Origin: an uncultured Gammaproteobacteria bacterium
GTDB taxonomy: Bacteria > Patescibacteriota > Patescibacteriia > Patescibacteriales > WJLG01
Assembly (NCBI GenBank): GCA_964395625.1
Contig: CAYNAR010000005.1
Location: 6,537 to 70,536, forward strand
Direction: 5' to 3'
DNA length: 64,000 nt
Both the position numbers and the translations under genes were made by a program. How positions within the stretch are numbered: position 1 is the stretch's first letter; each line of letters starts with the position of its first letter. The notes under the pieces were generated by a model. It worked only from the letters and a program-made list of their open reading frames with translations, ran no database searches and was not told the origin of the DNA. This document shows positions 1-8,975 of the stretch, piece after piece.

Positions 1-1
1 C

Positions 2-628
2 AATGTGCGTGACATAATGGACAAGCAGAAGATTCTTCTAGTCGATCTTTCTAAAGGCAAGATAGGTGACATGAACGCCCATCTTCTAGGTTTGATAATC
101 GTCGGAAAGATATTGATGTCGGCTTTGTCGCGTGCCGATATGCCCGATACCGCTCGCAAGGATTTTTATCTGTATATCGACGAGTTTCAAAATTTCACCA
201 CTGATTCCATTAACACCATTCTATCCGAGGCTAGAAAATATGGTCTTAATTTGGTCATAGCTCATCAGTATCTTGGACAGCTTGGGCGCGAGGCGGATAA
301 CATAAAGTCGGCCGTCTTCGGAAACGTCGGGTCTTGGTTCACCTTCAAGATCGGTTCGGAGGATGCCGAGGTATTGGAGAAAGAGTATTCACCGGTCTTT
401 AATCAATACGATCTGATAAATATCGAAAATCGCACATGTTACGCCAAACTCTTGATCGATAACACCGCTAGTCGTCCATTCTCTATGCGTACAGCCACTT
501 GGCCACCGGAAAATAGTAATTTAATTCCCGGTCTATCCGACAAGATAAAGGCCTTATCTCGTTTAAAGTATGGTCGTGACAGGGCTCTGGTGGAGGCGGA
601 GATAAACGCAAGACTTAAATTCTTTTGA
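2..628 (+). CDS. VirD4/TraG-like coupling ATPase (type IV secretion DNA-binding domain protein), C-terminal part; 5' end lies outside the window
   Basis: Frame is open from base 2. Walker B LYIDEFQNF, SEARKYGL..AHQY.GQL and AVFGNVG motifs are typical of the TraG/VirD4/HerA-like C-terminus. Confidence 0.85.
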   Translation, partial: NVRDIMDKQKILLVDLSKGKIGDMNAHLLGLIIVGKILMSALSRADMPDTARKDFYLYIDEFQNFTTDSINTILSEARKYGLNLVIAHQYLGQLGREADNIKSAVFGNVGSWFTFKIGSEDAEVLEKEYSPVFNQYDLINIENRTCYAKLLIDNTASRPFSMRTATWPPENSNLIPGLSDKIKALSRLKYGRDRALVEAEINARLKFF

Positions 629-650
629 CGATAATTCCAAAAAGGAGTCG

Positions 651-680
651 ATAAAAGGGCGTTAAGCCTTTTTATTTTTT
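651..680 (+). terminator. Probable intrinsic terminator
   Basis: ATAAAAGGGC-gttaa-GCCTTTTTAT stem followed by a T-run, just after the stop codon. Confidence 0.55.
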
Positions 681-745
681 AAAAGCCATTATTTAAGGAG
701 CGCTAATTTTTGCTAAAAACATTTTTTGTGCTAGTGTAAAAGAAT

Positions 746-2647
746 ATGAACGATAAAAAGATAAAACTCGAATTATTAGCCCCGGCCGGTAATTTGGAAT
801 CAGGGAAAGCGGCTATCTTGGCCGGTGCCGACGCCGTCTATGTGGGCGGTCCGGATTTTTCGGCGCGCGTAGCCGCCGCCAATAGATGGGACGACGTCAA
901 AAGCTTAGTTGATTTCGCTCACCAATATTACGCTCGCGTCTATTTGGCCTTGAATACTATATTGTTTGATAACGAGCTTTCCGCCGCCAAGAAGGCTATA
1001 GAAAAGGCTTATGAGATAGGTGTCGACGCTGTGATAATTCAGGATCTTGGTATTTTGAATATGGAACTCCCGCCGATTAAGTTGTTCGCTTCCACACAAA
1101 CGGATAATTACGACGTAGAGAGGATGAAGTTTTTAGCTTCTGCCGGACTGGAGAGGATTATTTTGGCTAGAGAATTGTCTCTAGAACAAATTAAGAGTAT
1201 TAGCGCTCAATTGCCTGGCGTCGAATTGGAGGCCTTCGTCCATGGGGCTTTATGCGTTTCTTTCTCCGGACGTTGCTTTTTTTCTGCCGCCCTTTCCGGC
1301 CGTAGCGCCAATCGCGGACAATGTCAGCAGGTCTGTCGCTTGCCTTTTGATCTGATCGACACCGGTGGCAAGGTTTTAGCGAAGAATAAATATCTCTTAT
1401 CCCTTAAAGATTTTAATTTATCCGGACATCTCGAGGAGTTGGCTTCTGCCGGCGTATCTTCTTTTAAGATAGAAGGACGACTTAAGGATGCCGTCTATGT
1501 AGCCAATGTTACGGCCAGCTATCGTAAGGAACTCGATTCTCTGATAGCTTCCAATAGCGATAAGTACGAAAAAGCCTCCTCCGGTAGGGTGGAGTTGTCT
1601 TTTAGCCCTGACGTCAATAAGACCTTTAATCGCGGATATACGGAATACTTCTTTTCCGGACGTAAGAAAGAGCCGGTCATCTCTCCTGATAATAATAAAT
1701 CCTTGGGCGAGCTTATCGGTGTCGCAAGAGCTTGTGTCCCACCGAAGAAGATAAAGGGCGATTTGAATAAGGATGGCTATTTCGTCATGGAGGAGGAACA
1801 TGATTTGAAAAATGGCGACGGCATCTGCTGGCTTTCATCGAGTGGCGAACTGATCGGAACTAATGTCAACTTGGTAGAAGAAGGACGTATCTATCCGAAT
1901 AAGTTGCCGTTACCGACTAACGGGGTGGAAATCTATCGCAATCAGGATCTTGCTTTCGAGAGGGCGGTGACGGCCGGATCGAAGAGGGCAGTGAGGGTTG
2001 ATTGGTCGGTTAGGGAGCTTGAAAAAGGTTTGTCGATAAGCGTCGAGGACGAGGATGGTAATTTTGTGGAAGAGATGTTTCCTTGTGAGAAGAGGATAGC
2101 TCAAAAGGGTCCGGCCGCCGAAGACGATTGGCGAAAACAGCTGTCGAAAAGTGGTGTTTCAATTTTTTATACAGGAGAAGTCGAGTTTTCTTGGGAAAAA
2201 CCATTGTTCGCTCCAGTCTCCGTAATCAACGACTATCGAAGAAAATTATTGGAATCTTTGTTCAAGAAAAGAAAGGAGAACTATCCAAGAAAGACAGGAC
2301 GAAGGGCGGAGTTGGAAAAACAATATGCTAACGAATCTTTTTGGCCGGTCGGCAAAAAGATAGACTATTCTTTCAATATAGCCAATTCTTTGGCGAAGGA
2401 TTTTTATAGTTCTCGCGGTGGTGAAGACATCGAAGAGGCTTTCGAGAAGCTTCCGGGCGGTAAAGGCAGACGCTTGATGACGACGAAGCATTGTTTGCGC
2501 CATTGGCTGGGGTACTGTACAAAAAATGTAGACAATGGAAAAGCTCCTTTTAGGGAGCCGTTATACCTGGTCAGAGATGGCAAAAAGTATCGACTTCGCT
2601 TCGATTGCGCGAATTGTCAGATGGAGATCTATGGCGAGAACGATTAG
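746..2647 (+). CDS. U32 family protein, RlhA-like (Fe-S dependent RNA hydroxylase) with a DUF3656-like C-terminal region
   Basis: ELLAPAG, GADAVYVGG, HGALCVSFSGRC, NRGQCQQVCRLP and FKIEGR motifs. Length (633 aa) fits the RlhA-type long form. Confidence 0.85.
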   Translation: MNDKKIKLELLAPAGNLESGKAAILAGADAVYVGGPDFSARVAAANRWDDVKSLVDFAHQYYARVYLALNTILFDNELSAAKKAIEKAYEIGVDAVIIQDLGILNMELPPIKLFASTQTDNYDVERMKFLASAGLERIILARELSLEQIKSISAQLPGVELEAFVHGALCVSFSGRCFFSAALSGRSANRGQCQQVCRLPFDLIDTGGKVLAKNKYLLSLKDFNLSGHLEELASAGVSSFKIEGRLKDAVYVANVTASYRKELDSLIASNSDKYEKASSGRVELSFSPDVNKTFNRGYTEYFFSGRKKEPVISPDNNKSLGELIGVARACVPPKKIKGDLNKDGYFVMEEEHDLKNGDGICWLSSSGELIGTNVNLVEEGRIYPNKLPLPTNGVEIYRNQDLAFERAVTAGSKRAVRVDWSVRELEKGLSISVEDEDGNFVEEMFPCEKRIAQKGPAAEDDWRKQLSKSGVSIFYTGEVEFSWEKPLFAPVSVINDYRRKLLESLFKKRKENYPRKTGRRAELEKQYANESFWPVGKKIDYSFNIANSLAKDFYSSRGGEDIEEAFEKLPGGKGRRLMTTKHCLRHWLGYCTKNVDNGKAPFREPLYLVRDGKKYRLRFDCANCQMEIYGEND

Positions 2648-2748
2648 AGGAGGGCAGTCGTCCTTTTTCTTGATAAAAAGTTTTTTTTAGGATATTATTT
2701 AGTTGTGAATTAAAAACAAAAAAATAAAGTCAAAAACAAAATAAAAAT

Positions 2749-3486
2749 ATGAGCGAGGTGATTTTAAAACAGTCCGGGGCGTCCGGCGATGAGGATTTGG
2801 GCGCTTATGGATTCCACGAAGAAAAAGACGACGAAGTCCTGGAGGACGATGACGAGGTCGGCGGAGTGCTATCCGATTATGACGATGACGATGAAAGCGC
2901 TGACGATTCGGAATTCGAAGAGGATGATGGTTTTATTTCCTTATCCAAGAATAAGGTAGTCATAATAAAGAAACTTTTGGAGAATATTAAAGATAGTAAC
3001 GAGAAATTGATCGCTTTACTGGGAGGTTTGGTTTCCCCGGAAGACGAGGCTAGAATAGGTCTATCGGAAGTTTCCGATGGTATTGAGGCGGTCCAGCAGT
3101 CTTTCAGCGATTCGGATAATGTCATAGAAGGCGTCTTCGACGGTCAGAATATGATCGGTCCGGACGGTAAACAATACAGCATTCCGGCTAACTATGCCTC
3201 TAAATCGAAATTGGTCGAAGGAGATATGTTGAAATTGACCATTACCGATCGAGGCGCTTTCGTCTATAAACAGACTAAGCCGATAGATAGAAAAAGAGTG
3301 ATGGGTGTATTAGAGAAGGACGAGGAAGGGAATTATATGGTAGTCAACGAGACTGGAAAATGGCGCGTATTGACCGCCAGTATAACTTATTTCAAGGGCG
3401 TTCCCGGAGATAAAGCTGTGGTTCTTGTGCCGTCTTTCGGGGAGAGTCAATGGGGTGCTGTCGAGAATGTCATTAGAAACGGATAG
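2749..3486 (+). CDS. Conserved hypothetical protein with a very acidic N-terminus
   Basis: 245-aa ORF with a D/E-rich first ~60 aa. The C-terminal IEGVFDGQ.MIGPDGK.Y..PANYASKSKLVEGD segment resembles a CPR-conserved uncharacterised family (from recollection). Confidence 0.75.
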   Translation: MSEVILKQSGASGDEDLGAYGFHEEKDDEVLEDDDEVGGVLSDYDDDDESADDSEFEEDDGFISLSKNKVVIIKKLLENIKDSNEKLIALLGGLVSPEDEARIGLSEVSDGIEAVQQSFSDSDNVIEGVFDGQNMIGPDGKQYSIPANYASKSKLVEGDMLKLTITDRGAFVYKQTKPIDRKRVMGVLEKDEEGNYMVVNETGKWRVLTASITYFKGVPGDKAVVLVPSFGESQWGAVENVIRNG

Positions 3487-3598
3487 GCAAGATTAAAGAT
3501 GTAAAATGCTAAGTTTGGAATGAATAAACAAGGGGAGAATGTTTTGCCTTAGCTTGTTTTTTTCATTTTAAATTTTCATTTTACTTTTTTTATTTTTT

Positions 3599-5332
3599 AT
3601 GGCGACTCTATACAGAAAATATCGTCCTCAGGCTTTTGCCGACGCTGTGGGCCAAAATCATATCAAATTGACGGTTCAAAGCGAGTTGGCGACGGGTAAG
3701 ATTGCTCACGCCTACCTGTTTTGCGGTCCGCGAGCGGTCGGAAAGACGACATTTGCTCGTCTTTTGGCTAAATCGATAAATTGTTTGAATAGAAAGGAGA
3801 ACGAATTCGAGCCTTGCGGACAATGCAGTTCTTGTTCGGATATCAGCGATGGTCGGGCCTTGGACGTCATAGAGATAGATGCCGCTTCCAATACTGGCGT
3901 GGATAACGTTCGCGAAAACGTCATCGCTTCGGCTAGGGTCTCTCCGTCGAAATCCAAATTCAAAGTCTTCATCATCGACGAGGTACACATGCTTTCGATT
4001 TCGGCTTTTAACGCTTTGCTTAAAGTATTGGAGGAGCCACCGCAAAGAGTCGTCTTCGTTCTTTGCACGACGGAGACTCATAAGGTTCCAGCTACGATCA
4101 TATCTCGTTGTGAGAGATTCGATTTTAAGCGCATAGGACAGGCCGATATAATCAAAAAGCTCTCTCGTATCGCCCGTGAGGAAAAGATAAAAGTCAGTGA
4201 CGAGATCCTTGAGGCTGTCGCCAGACAGTCCGAGGGACATATGCGTGACGCCGAGAGTCTATTCGGTCAATTGGTCGCTATCGGCGGACAGGAGATAAGC
4301 GCTAAGGAGGCCGATTTGGTCATTCCTCGTTCCGCCGTGGGCGAGATAGTGAAGCTCGTCGAATGTTTGACTAAGAAGGACGGTTCAACAGCTATCGCTT
4401 TAGTTAATAAACTGTTAGACGATGGCGTCGATTTGGAGAAGTTTTTATCGGACTTGATAGAGTTGATGAGGAAGATTTTGATATATAAGATAAATCCGGC
4501 ATTGGGGGAAAAGCTCGGCTTGGATATTGGAGAGTCTTATGAGATTAAGATAAACGAACTCAAGAAGGATATATCCATCGAAAGAATGGTCTTGTTTCTG
4601 GAAAAGATGATGTCCGCGAGAGTGGCGATGAAGAGTTCCTTTATAACGCAATTGCCTTTGGAGATGGCTATAGCGGAGCTTTGTTTGGATAATGCTCCGG
4701 TTTCTCGCGCTTTGCCGACATCCGGCGTCGTTCCGCAAGCCGCTCCACGCGCCTATTCGGCACCGGTTCAACATGTGCAACCGGTTGTTTCAACTCCTCA
4801 GCATCAATCGGCCCCCAGTGTGCAAGCAGAGGCTCCACAGGCCACTCAGAACGTCGGCCCAGCTTCGGACCTTAAAATGACTAAGGAGGATTTTGGCGTT
4901 CGCTGGGGTGAATTTTTGGCCAAGATGAAGACTAGTAATCATGCCCTTTCTTTTATTTTGCGTACTTGTCAACAGCGCGGTGTCGACGGTGGTAAGGTTT
5001 GTTTGGCTTTTAAATATAAATTCCATAAAGATCGCGTCAATGAGGCTAAGATGAGAGAGGCGATACAGCAGACTTTGCGAGAAGTATATAATTCTAATTT
5101 ATCCTTCGAGGCCATTATAGACGAGACTATGGAAATAGAAGGCGGAAATAGTGCGAATAGCGGAGGAGTGGAGACGGGTTCTCCTTCCTTCTCCATGGAT
5201 TCTTCGAACATCCCTCTTCCTGACGAAAATCAATCCGGCGCCCAGGCTAGTTCCGAGACTCCTGCAACTCCGGCCGGCGGAGATTTGATGAGTGACCTTC
5301 TAAAGACTTTCGGCGGCAAGGTCGTCGGCTAA
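3599..5332 (+). CDS. dnaX: DNA polymerase III subunit gamma/tau
   Basis: LYRKYRPQ, Walker A GPRAVGKTT, Zn-binding C..C..C, EIDAASN, IIDEVHML and SRC motif, followed by a P/Q/A-rich linker. Confidence 0.97.
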   Translation: MATLYRKYRPQAFADAVGQNHIKLTVQSELATGKIAHAYLFCGPRAVGKTTFARLLAKSINCLNRKENEFEPCGQCSSCSDISDGRALDVIEIDAASNTGVDNVRENVIASARVSPSKSKFKVFIIDEVHMLSISAFNALLKVLEEPPQRVVFVLCTTETHKVPATIISRCERFDFKRIGQADIIKKLSRIAREEKIKVSDEILEAVARQSEGHMRDAESLFGQLVAIGGQEISAKEADLVIPRSAVGEIVKLVECLTKKDGSTAIALVNKLLDDGVDLEKFLSDLIELMRKILIYKINPALGEKLGLDIGESYEIKINELKKDISIERMVLFLEKMMSARVAMKSSFITQLPLEMAIAELCLDNAPVSRALPTSGVVPQAAPRAYSAPVQHVQPVVSTPQHQSAPSVQAEAPQATQNVGPASDLKMTKEDFGVRWGEFLAKMKTSNHALSFILRTCQQRGVDGGKVCLAFKYKFHKDRVNEAKMREAIQQTLREVYNSNLSFEAIIDETMEIEGGNSANSGGVETGSPSFSMDSSNIPLPDENQSGAQASSETPATPAGGDLMSDLLKTFGGKVVG

Positions 5333-5358
5333 AAATTATTAAAGTAAGAATAAAAAAA

Positions 5359-6042
5359 ATGGAAGTTTTCACTAAAGGCTTTAGCGTGATAATTCCCACT
5401 CGAGAAGAGGAGTCGACTATCGGCGATATGGTGAAGAAGTGTCGTATCTATTGCGATGATGTGATAGTCATCGACGGGCATTCCAAAGACAAGACTCGGG
5501 AGATTGCACAATCTTTTGGGGCTCGCGTCGTTTTGGATAACAAGAGAGGGAAAGGTGATGCCATGAAGGTCGGCGTCGGCGCTTCTAATAATCCTATAAT
5601 AGTTTTTATCGATGCCGACGGATCGCACGAGCCTTCGGATATTCCCGCTATGGTAGAAAAGATAAGGCAAGGTAACGACTTAGTCGTCGCCTCGCGCATG
5701 CTCGGTGGTAGCGACGAGCTTCATGGGACATTGGATAACGTCGTTAGGGCTACGGCCAGCGGTTTGATGGCTGTGGCCATAAATTGGCGCTGGAAGCCCG
5801 GGATAACGGACGTTTTGAACGGTTTTCGCGGGATTAAAAAGGAAGTTTTTGAAAAGATAGATTTGAAGCAGGATGGTTTTCTGATAGAACATGAAATGAT
5901 CGTGAATACCCTGAAGAAAGGATTCAAGATGGCCGAGATATCCTCTCATGAATATGAAAGAAAGGGAGGTTGCTCTAAGTTGCCGACTTCGCAAGGATGG
6001 AAATTCGTCTTCCATTTTTTGTGGCAGATGCTAACGAAATAA
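5359..6042 (+). CDS. GT2 glycosyltransferase (DPM1/polyprenol-phosphate sugar synthase-like)
   Basis: SVIIPT..EE, VIDGHSKD.T, GKG.A, FIDADGSH (DxD) and VVASR motifs. Confidence 0.9.
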   Translation: MEVFTKGFSVIIPTREEESTIGDMVKKCRIYCDDVIVIDGHSKDKTREIAQSFGARVVLDNKRGKGDAMKVGVGASNNPIIVFIDADGSHEPSDIPAMVEKIRQGNDLVVASRMLGGSDELHGTLDNVVRATASGLMAVAINWRWKPGITDVLNGFRGIKKEVFEKIDLKQDGFLIEHEMIVNTLKKGFKMAEISSHEYERKGGCSKLPTSQGWKFVFHFLWQMLTK

Positions 6043-6052
6043 TTTTACATCG

Positions 6053-7492
6053 ATGAAGATACTCTTAATAAATCCGCCTACGCCTGACAATCAAACTTGG
6101 GTTAGGGAGGGGAGATGCCAACAATACGATATTTGGGGTGCTCCTTTCGTACCGCTCAGTCTGGCTTCCATAGCCGGTCAGATCAAAGACGAGCACGAGG
6201 TTTTGTTGTTGGACTGCGCTCCTGAGAAGATTCCTTTGGCGGATGTCTTGAAAAAGATAGAGGATTTTTCGCCGGAGTTGATTTTTTTAAGCACTGCGAC
6301 CCCGACCATAAAGAACGATTTGGGTTGGTTTGTTCCGGCCGTCAAAGAAAGGAAGCCGAATATCAAGATTGCGGCGATAGGTATTCATGTCTCCACTTTG
6401 CCTAAAGAAGTGCTGACGCAGTTTTCCGGATTGGATTTTATCGTTATGAGCGAGCCGGAAATGATAGCTAAAGATTTGGTCGAAAAGATGTCGACCGGTG
6501 AAGATTTTTCTATTGTAAACGGCTTGGCTTGGAGGAATGGTTCTAGCGTCGTCGTCAATCCGCCTAGGGCTTTTTTGGAGAATTTGGACGATTTGAAGTT
6601 TCCTTTTTGGAAGGGCGTCGATTTCAAGAATTATATAATGCCGATAATAGGCCGTCCTTTCGTTTTGATTTCCGTCATGCGCGGTTGCCCGTTCAATTGT
6701 AAGTTTTGCGCTTCGCATTCTTATAACGGAAAAAAGATAAGGAAAAGAAGCCCGAAGAATATAATCGCCGAAATAGAGGAGTATGTAAGGAATGGCATAA
6801 CCGATTTTTTGTTTTGGGCGGAATTTTTGACCTCCGACTTCGACTATTTGAACGAATTGTTGAGTGAATTGGAGAAAAGCGGCTTGACCGAGAAAATCCG
6901 TTGGGTCACTAATAGTCGCGTCGATTACGCCGACGAGGCGTTATTCAGGAGAATGAAGAAGGCGGGCTGTTGGCAGGTCGTCTATGGGATAGAGTTCGGA
7001 TCCGATGAAATATTGAAGCTTTCGGCCAAAGGTGGAAAAGCCAGTGTCGAGCAGGCTCGCAAAGCGGTCGATGCCGCTAAAAACGCCGGTTTGGTCGTCG
7101 ATGGTCATTTTGTCATGGGTTATCCAGGAGAAAGTAAGACGACGCTTGCCCAGACTATTGATTTGGCCGTTTCCCTGCCTTTAACCTTCGCTCATTTTTA
7201 TGCCGCTTCGCCGTTTCCAGGCTCTGAATTGTACGTCGAAGCGTTGAATAATGGTTGGGTGATAGAGAAGGACTTCGGTAAGGTGAATCAGAACGAATAC
7301 AATATGAAGGTCGGAGAGCTCGATCCGCAAACGATCCATTCGTATATCGGCATGGCCTATAAGAAATTCTATATGCGCCCGGTAGTCTTTTGGAGGATAG
7401 CCACAATAGCTAAAACTCTTGCGGAATTTTTCAATATAACTCGTCTCGGTCTTAAATTTTTCGGACAATTAGCCTTAAAAAGGAAGGATTGA
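6053..7492 (+). CDS. Cobalamin-binding radical SAM protein
   Basis: N-terminal KILLINPP...PLSLASIA B12-binding domain, RGCPFNCKFC (CxxxCxxC), GIEFGS and GYPGE. Confidence 0.9.
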   Translation: MKILLINPPTPDNQTWVREGRCQQYDIWGAPFVPLSLASIAGQIKDEHEVLLLDCAPEKIPLADVLKKIEDFSPELIFLSTATPTIKNDLGWFVPAVKERKPNIKIAAIGIHVSTLPKEVLTQFSGLDFIVMSEPEMIAKDLVEKMSTGEDFSIVNGLAWRNGSSVVVNPPRAFLENLDDLKFPFWKGVDFKNYIMPIIGRPFVLISVMRGCPFNCKFCASHSYNGKKIRKRSPKNIIAEIEEYVRNGITDFLFWAEFLTSDFDYLNELLSELEKSGLTEKIRWVTNSRVDYADEALFRRMKKAGCWQVVYGIEFGSDEILKLSAKGGKASVEQARKAVDAAKNAGLVVDGHFVMGYPGESKTTLAQTIDLAVSLPLTFAHFYAASPFPGSELYVEALNNGWVIEKDFGKVNQNEYNMKVGELDPQTIHSYIGMAYKKFYMRPVVFWRIATIAKTLAEFFNITRLGLKFFGQLALKRKD

Positions 7493-7518
7493 ATTTTTTT
7501 TCATCTTTTGCTAAATTA

Positions 7519-7547
7519 TTGACAAGAGACATTGCCTCTGTTAAGGT
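7519..7547 (+). promoter_or_regulatory. Sigma70-type promoter for tRNA-Gln
   Basis: TTGACA-N17-TAAGGT with an extended -10 TG, about 25 nt upstream of the tRNA. Confidence 0.6.
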
Positions 7548-7571
7548 GATGTCTGTCTGTCGTTTTTATTT

Positions 7572-7642
7572 TGGGAGATCGTCCAACGGTAGGACGCCGC
7601 GCTCTGGACGCGGTAATCATGGTTCGAATCCATGTCTCCCAG
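7572..7642 (+). tRNA. tRNA-Gln (anticodon CTG); CCA not encoded
   Basis: Acceptor stem TGGGAGA/TCTCCCA (U1-A72), anticodon arm CCGCG-CTCTGGA-CGCGG, T-arm CATGG-TTCGAAT-CCATG, discriminator G. Confidence 0.96.
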
Positions 7643-7651
7643 CAGATACAA

Positions 7652-7680
7652 CAAGATCCCAGCCCAAAGCTGGGATTTTG
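7652..7680 (+). terminator. Hairpin/terminator after tRNA-Gln
   Basis: CAAGATCCCAGC-ccaaa-GCTGGGATTTTG stem. Confidence 0.6.
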
Positions 7681-7720
7681 TTATATAATTCTGAGAACAT
7701 TGTGTATTATTTTTGGTAAT

Positions 7721-7761
7721 AAAAAACCCGCCGACCTCTTCGATCGAGCGGGTGTTTTTTT
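7721..7761. terminator. Bidirectional terminator at the end of the ankyrin gene
   Basis: AAAAAACCCGC...GCGGGTGTTTTTT, with A- and T-tracts on both sides. Confidence 0.6.
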
Positions 7762-8782
7762 ATTTCCACCATTTTTTCTTAGGAGATTCGGTTAAACTAT
7801 TCAAGTATTGCTCTATTCTTGTGTATCCCTTGCTTTTCGCATATTGCGATAGCGTCATGCCTTTGTAATAGCCTTTATAATCGGCTTTGCATTCCCCGAT
7901 CAGTACTTTCACGGAGTCGAGATGATTTCCGTCTATGGCTTTTGTTAAGGCTGTGTTGAATGAATCGTCGACCGATGTTACGGCAGCTTTATGTTTAACG
8001 AGAAGTCTTATTCCTTCTTCCCATCCGTGACTGGCGGCTATGATGAGCGCCGTCAATCCGCCTATATATCTGTGATTGACGTCGGCCTTTCTTTTTTCTA
8101 TGAATAATTCGACCATCCTCGCATTCTTAGCTTCAACGACTCCTTTCAATAAGTAGTTCGGATCGGTTACTGGGATAATGGGCTTATCTTTGATGTCTTT
8201 GAGGTCTAAAAAGTATTCGACTATATCGCTATGACAATTCGTCACCGCAATATTGAAAGGTGCCGGGTTAGGGTTTTTGCTGAAGTTTACATTCGCTCCG
8301 TTCTCGACAAGAAGCTTGACTATATCCAATCTTCCTTTCTCCACGGCTATTCCTAGCGGTGTTTGTCCTTGTTTGTTGGAGATATCGGTCTTCGCCCCGT
8401 TTTTTAAGAGGCATGATATTATGGATATTTCCCGATACTCGTCTTTGATAGCGACGAGAAGCGGAGTGTTTTCGTTTGTGTCGGTAAAATCCAAGTTAGC
8501 CCCTGCTGCGATAAGAATCTCGAGATCTTTGATTATTAGGTCGGGTAGATTGTTAACCCTTCTTGTTATCGCGAAAAAAATCGCTGACCTGCCAGTCTCT
8601 TTGGGGTCGGCAGAGTTGGGATTCCCGCCATTGTTCAAGAAGGTTTTGAGCCATTTGGTGTTGCCTCCTTTTTTGGCTATTTCTGCCACCCAGTCATTCA
8701 CCTGATCATTGTCGCAGGAATCATCACTGCTTATTTCGAACATCGGCTTTTTGTCTTGGTTCGTTTTTTCCGTGGTGATCAT
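7760..8782 (-). CDS. Ankyrin repeat protein
   Basis: Repeated TPL..A...G..DIVKLL...GA.VN units (about 7 repeats). SD-like AAGGAG upstream on the minus strand. Confidence 0.93.
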   Translation of the reverse strand: MITTEKTNQDKKPMFEISSDDSCDNDQVNDWVAEIAKKGGNTKWLKTFLNNGGNPNSADPKETGRSAIFFAITRRVNNLPDLIIKDLEILIAAGANLDFTDTNENTPLLVAIKDEYREISIISCLLKNGAKTDISNKQGQTPLGIAVEKGRLDIVKLLVENGANVNFSKNPNPAPFNIAVTNCHSDIVEYFLDLKDIKDKPIIPVTDPNYLLKGVVEAKNARMVELFIEKRKADVNHRYIGGLTALIIAASHGWEEGIRLLVKHKAAVTSVDDSFNTALTKAIDGNHLDSVKVLIGECKADYKGYYKGMTLSQYAKSKGYTRIEQYLNSLTESPKKKWWK

Positions 8783-8975
8783 TTTATTCTCCTTTGTTTG
8801 TGGTAATTATATTCTTTTTAAAGAGCTACTTTTATTGGTTTATTTAATAATATTTTTTGTTTTTTGTCAATAGTCGTTGTCGGATGGGCTTTAGGTTGGC
8901 TTTTTTGATTTTTTGATATATAATTTTCTTATCACCTCGTTTATCTATAAAATTTTCGAGGTTTATTTTTTTCAA

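Noticed and set aside
3487-3598. SRP RNA (ffs), often found upstream of dnaX
   Set aside because: No SRP domain IV motif (CAGG...GGAA..AGCAG) is present, and the region is AT-rich.
3599-5332. Programmed frameshift producing a gamma subunit in dnaX
   Set aside because: No A-AAA-AAG heptamer or long A-run was seen in the linker region.
7489-7795. Short ORFs 7489-7719 and 7571-7795
   Set aside because: They overlap the tRNA-Gln gene, its promoter and terminators.
7572-8900. Integrative element at tRNA-Gln
   Set aside because: No integrase and no duplicated tRNA 3' end (att repeat) found by eye.
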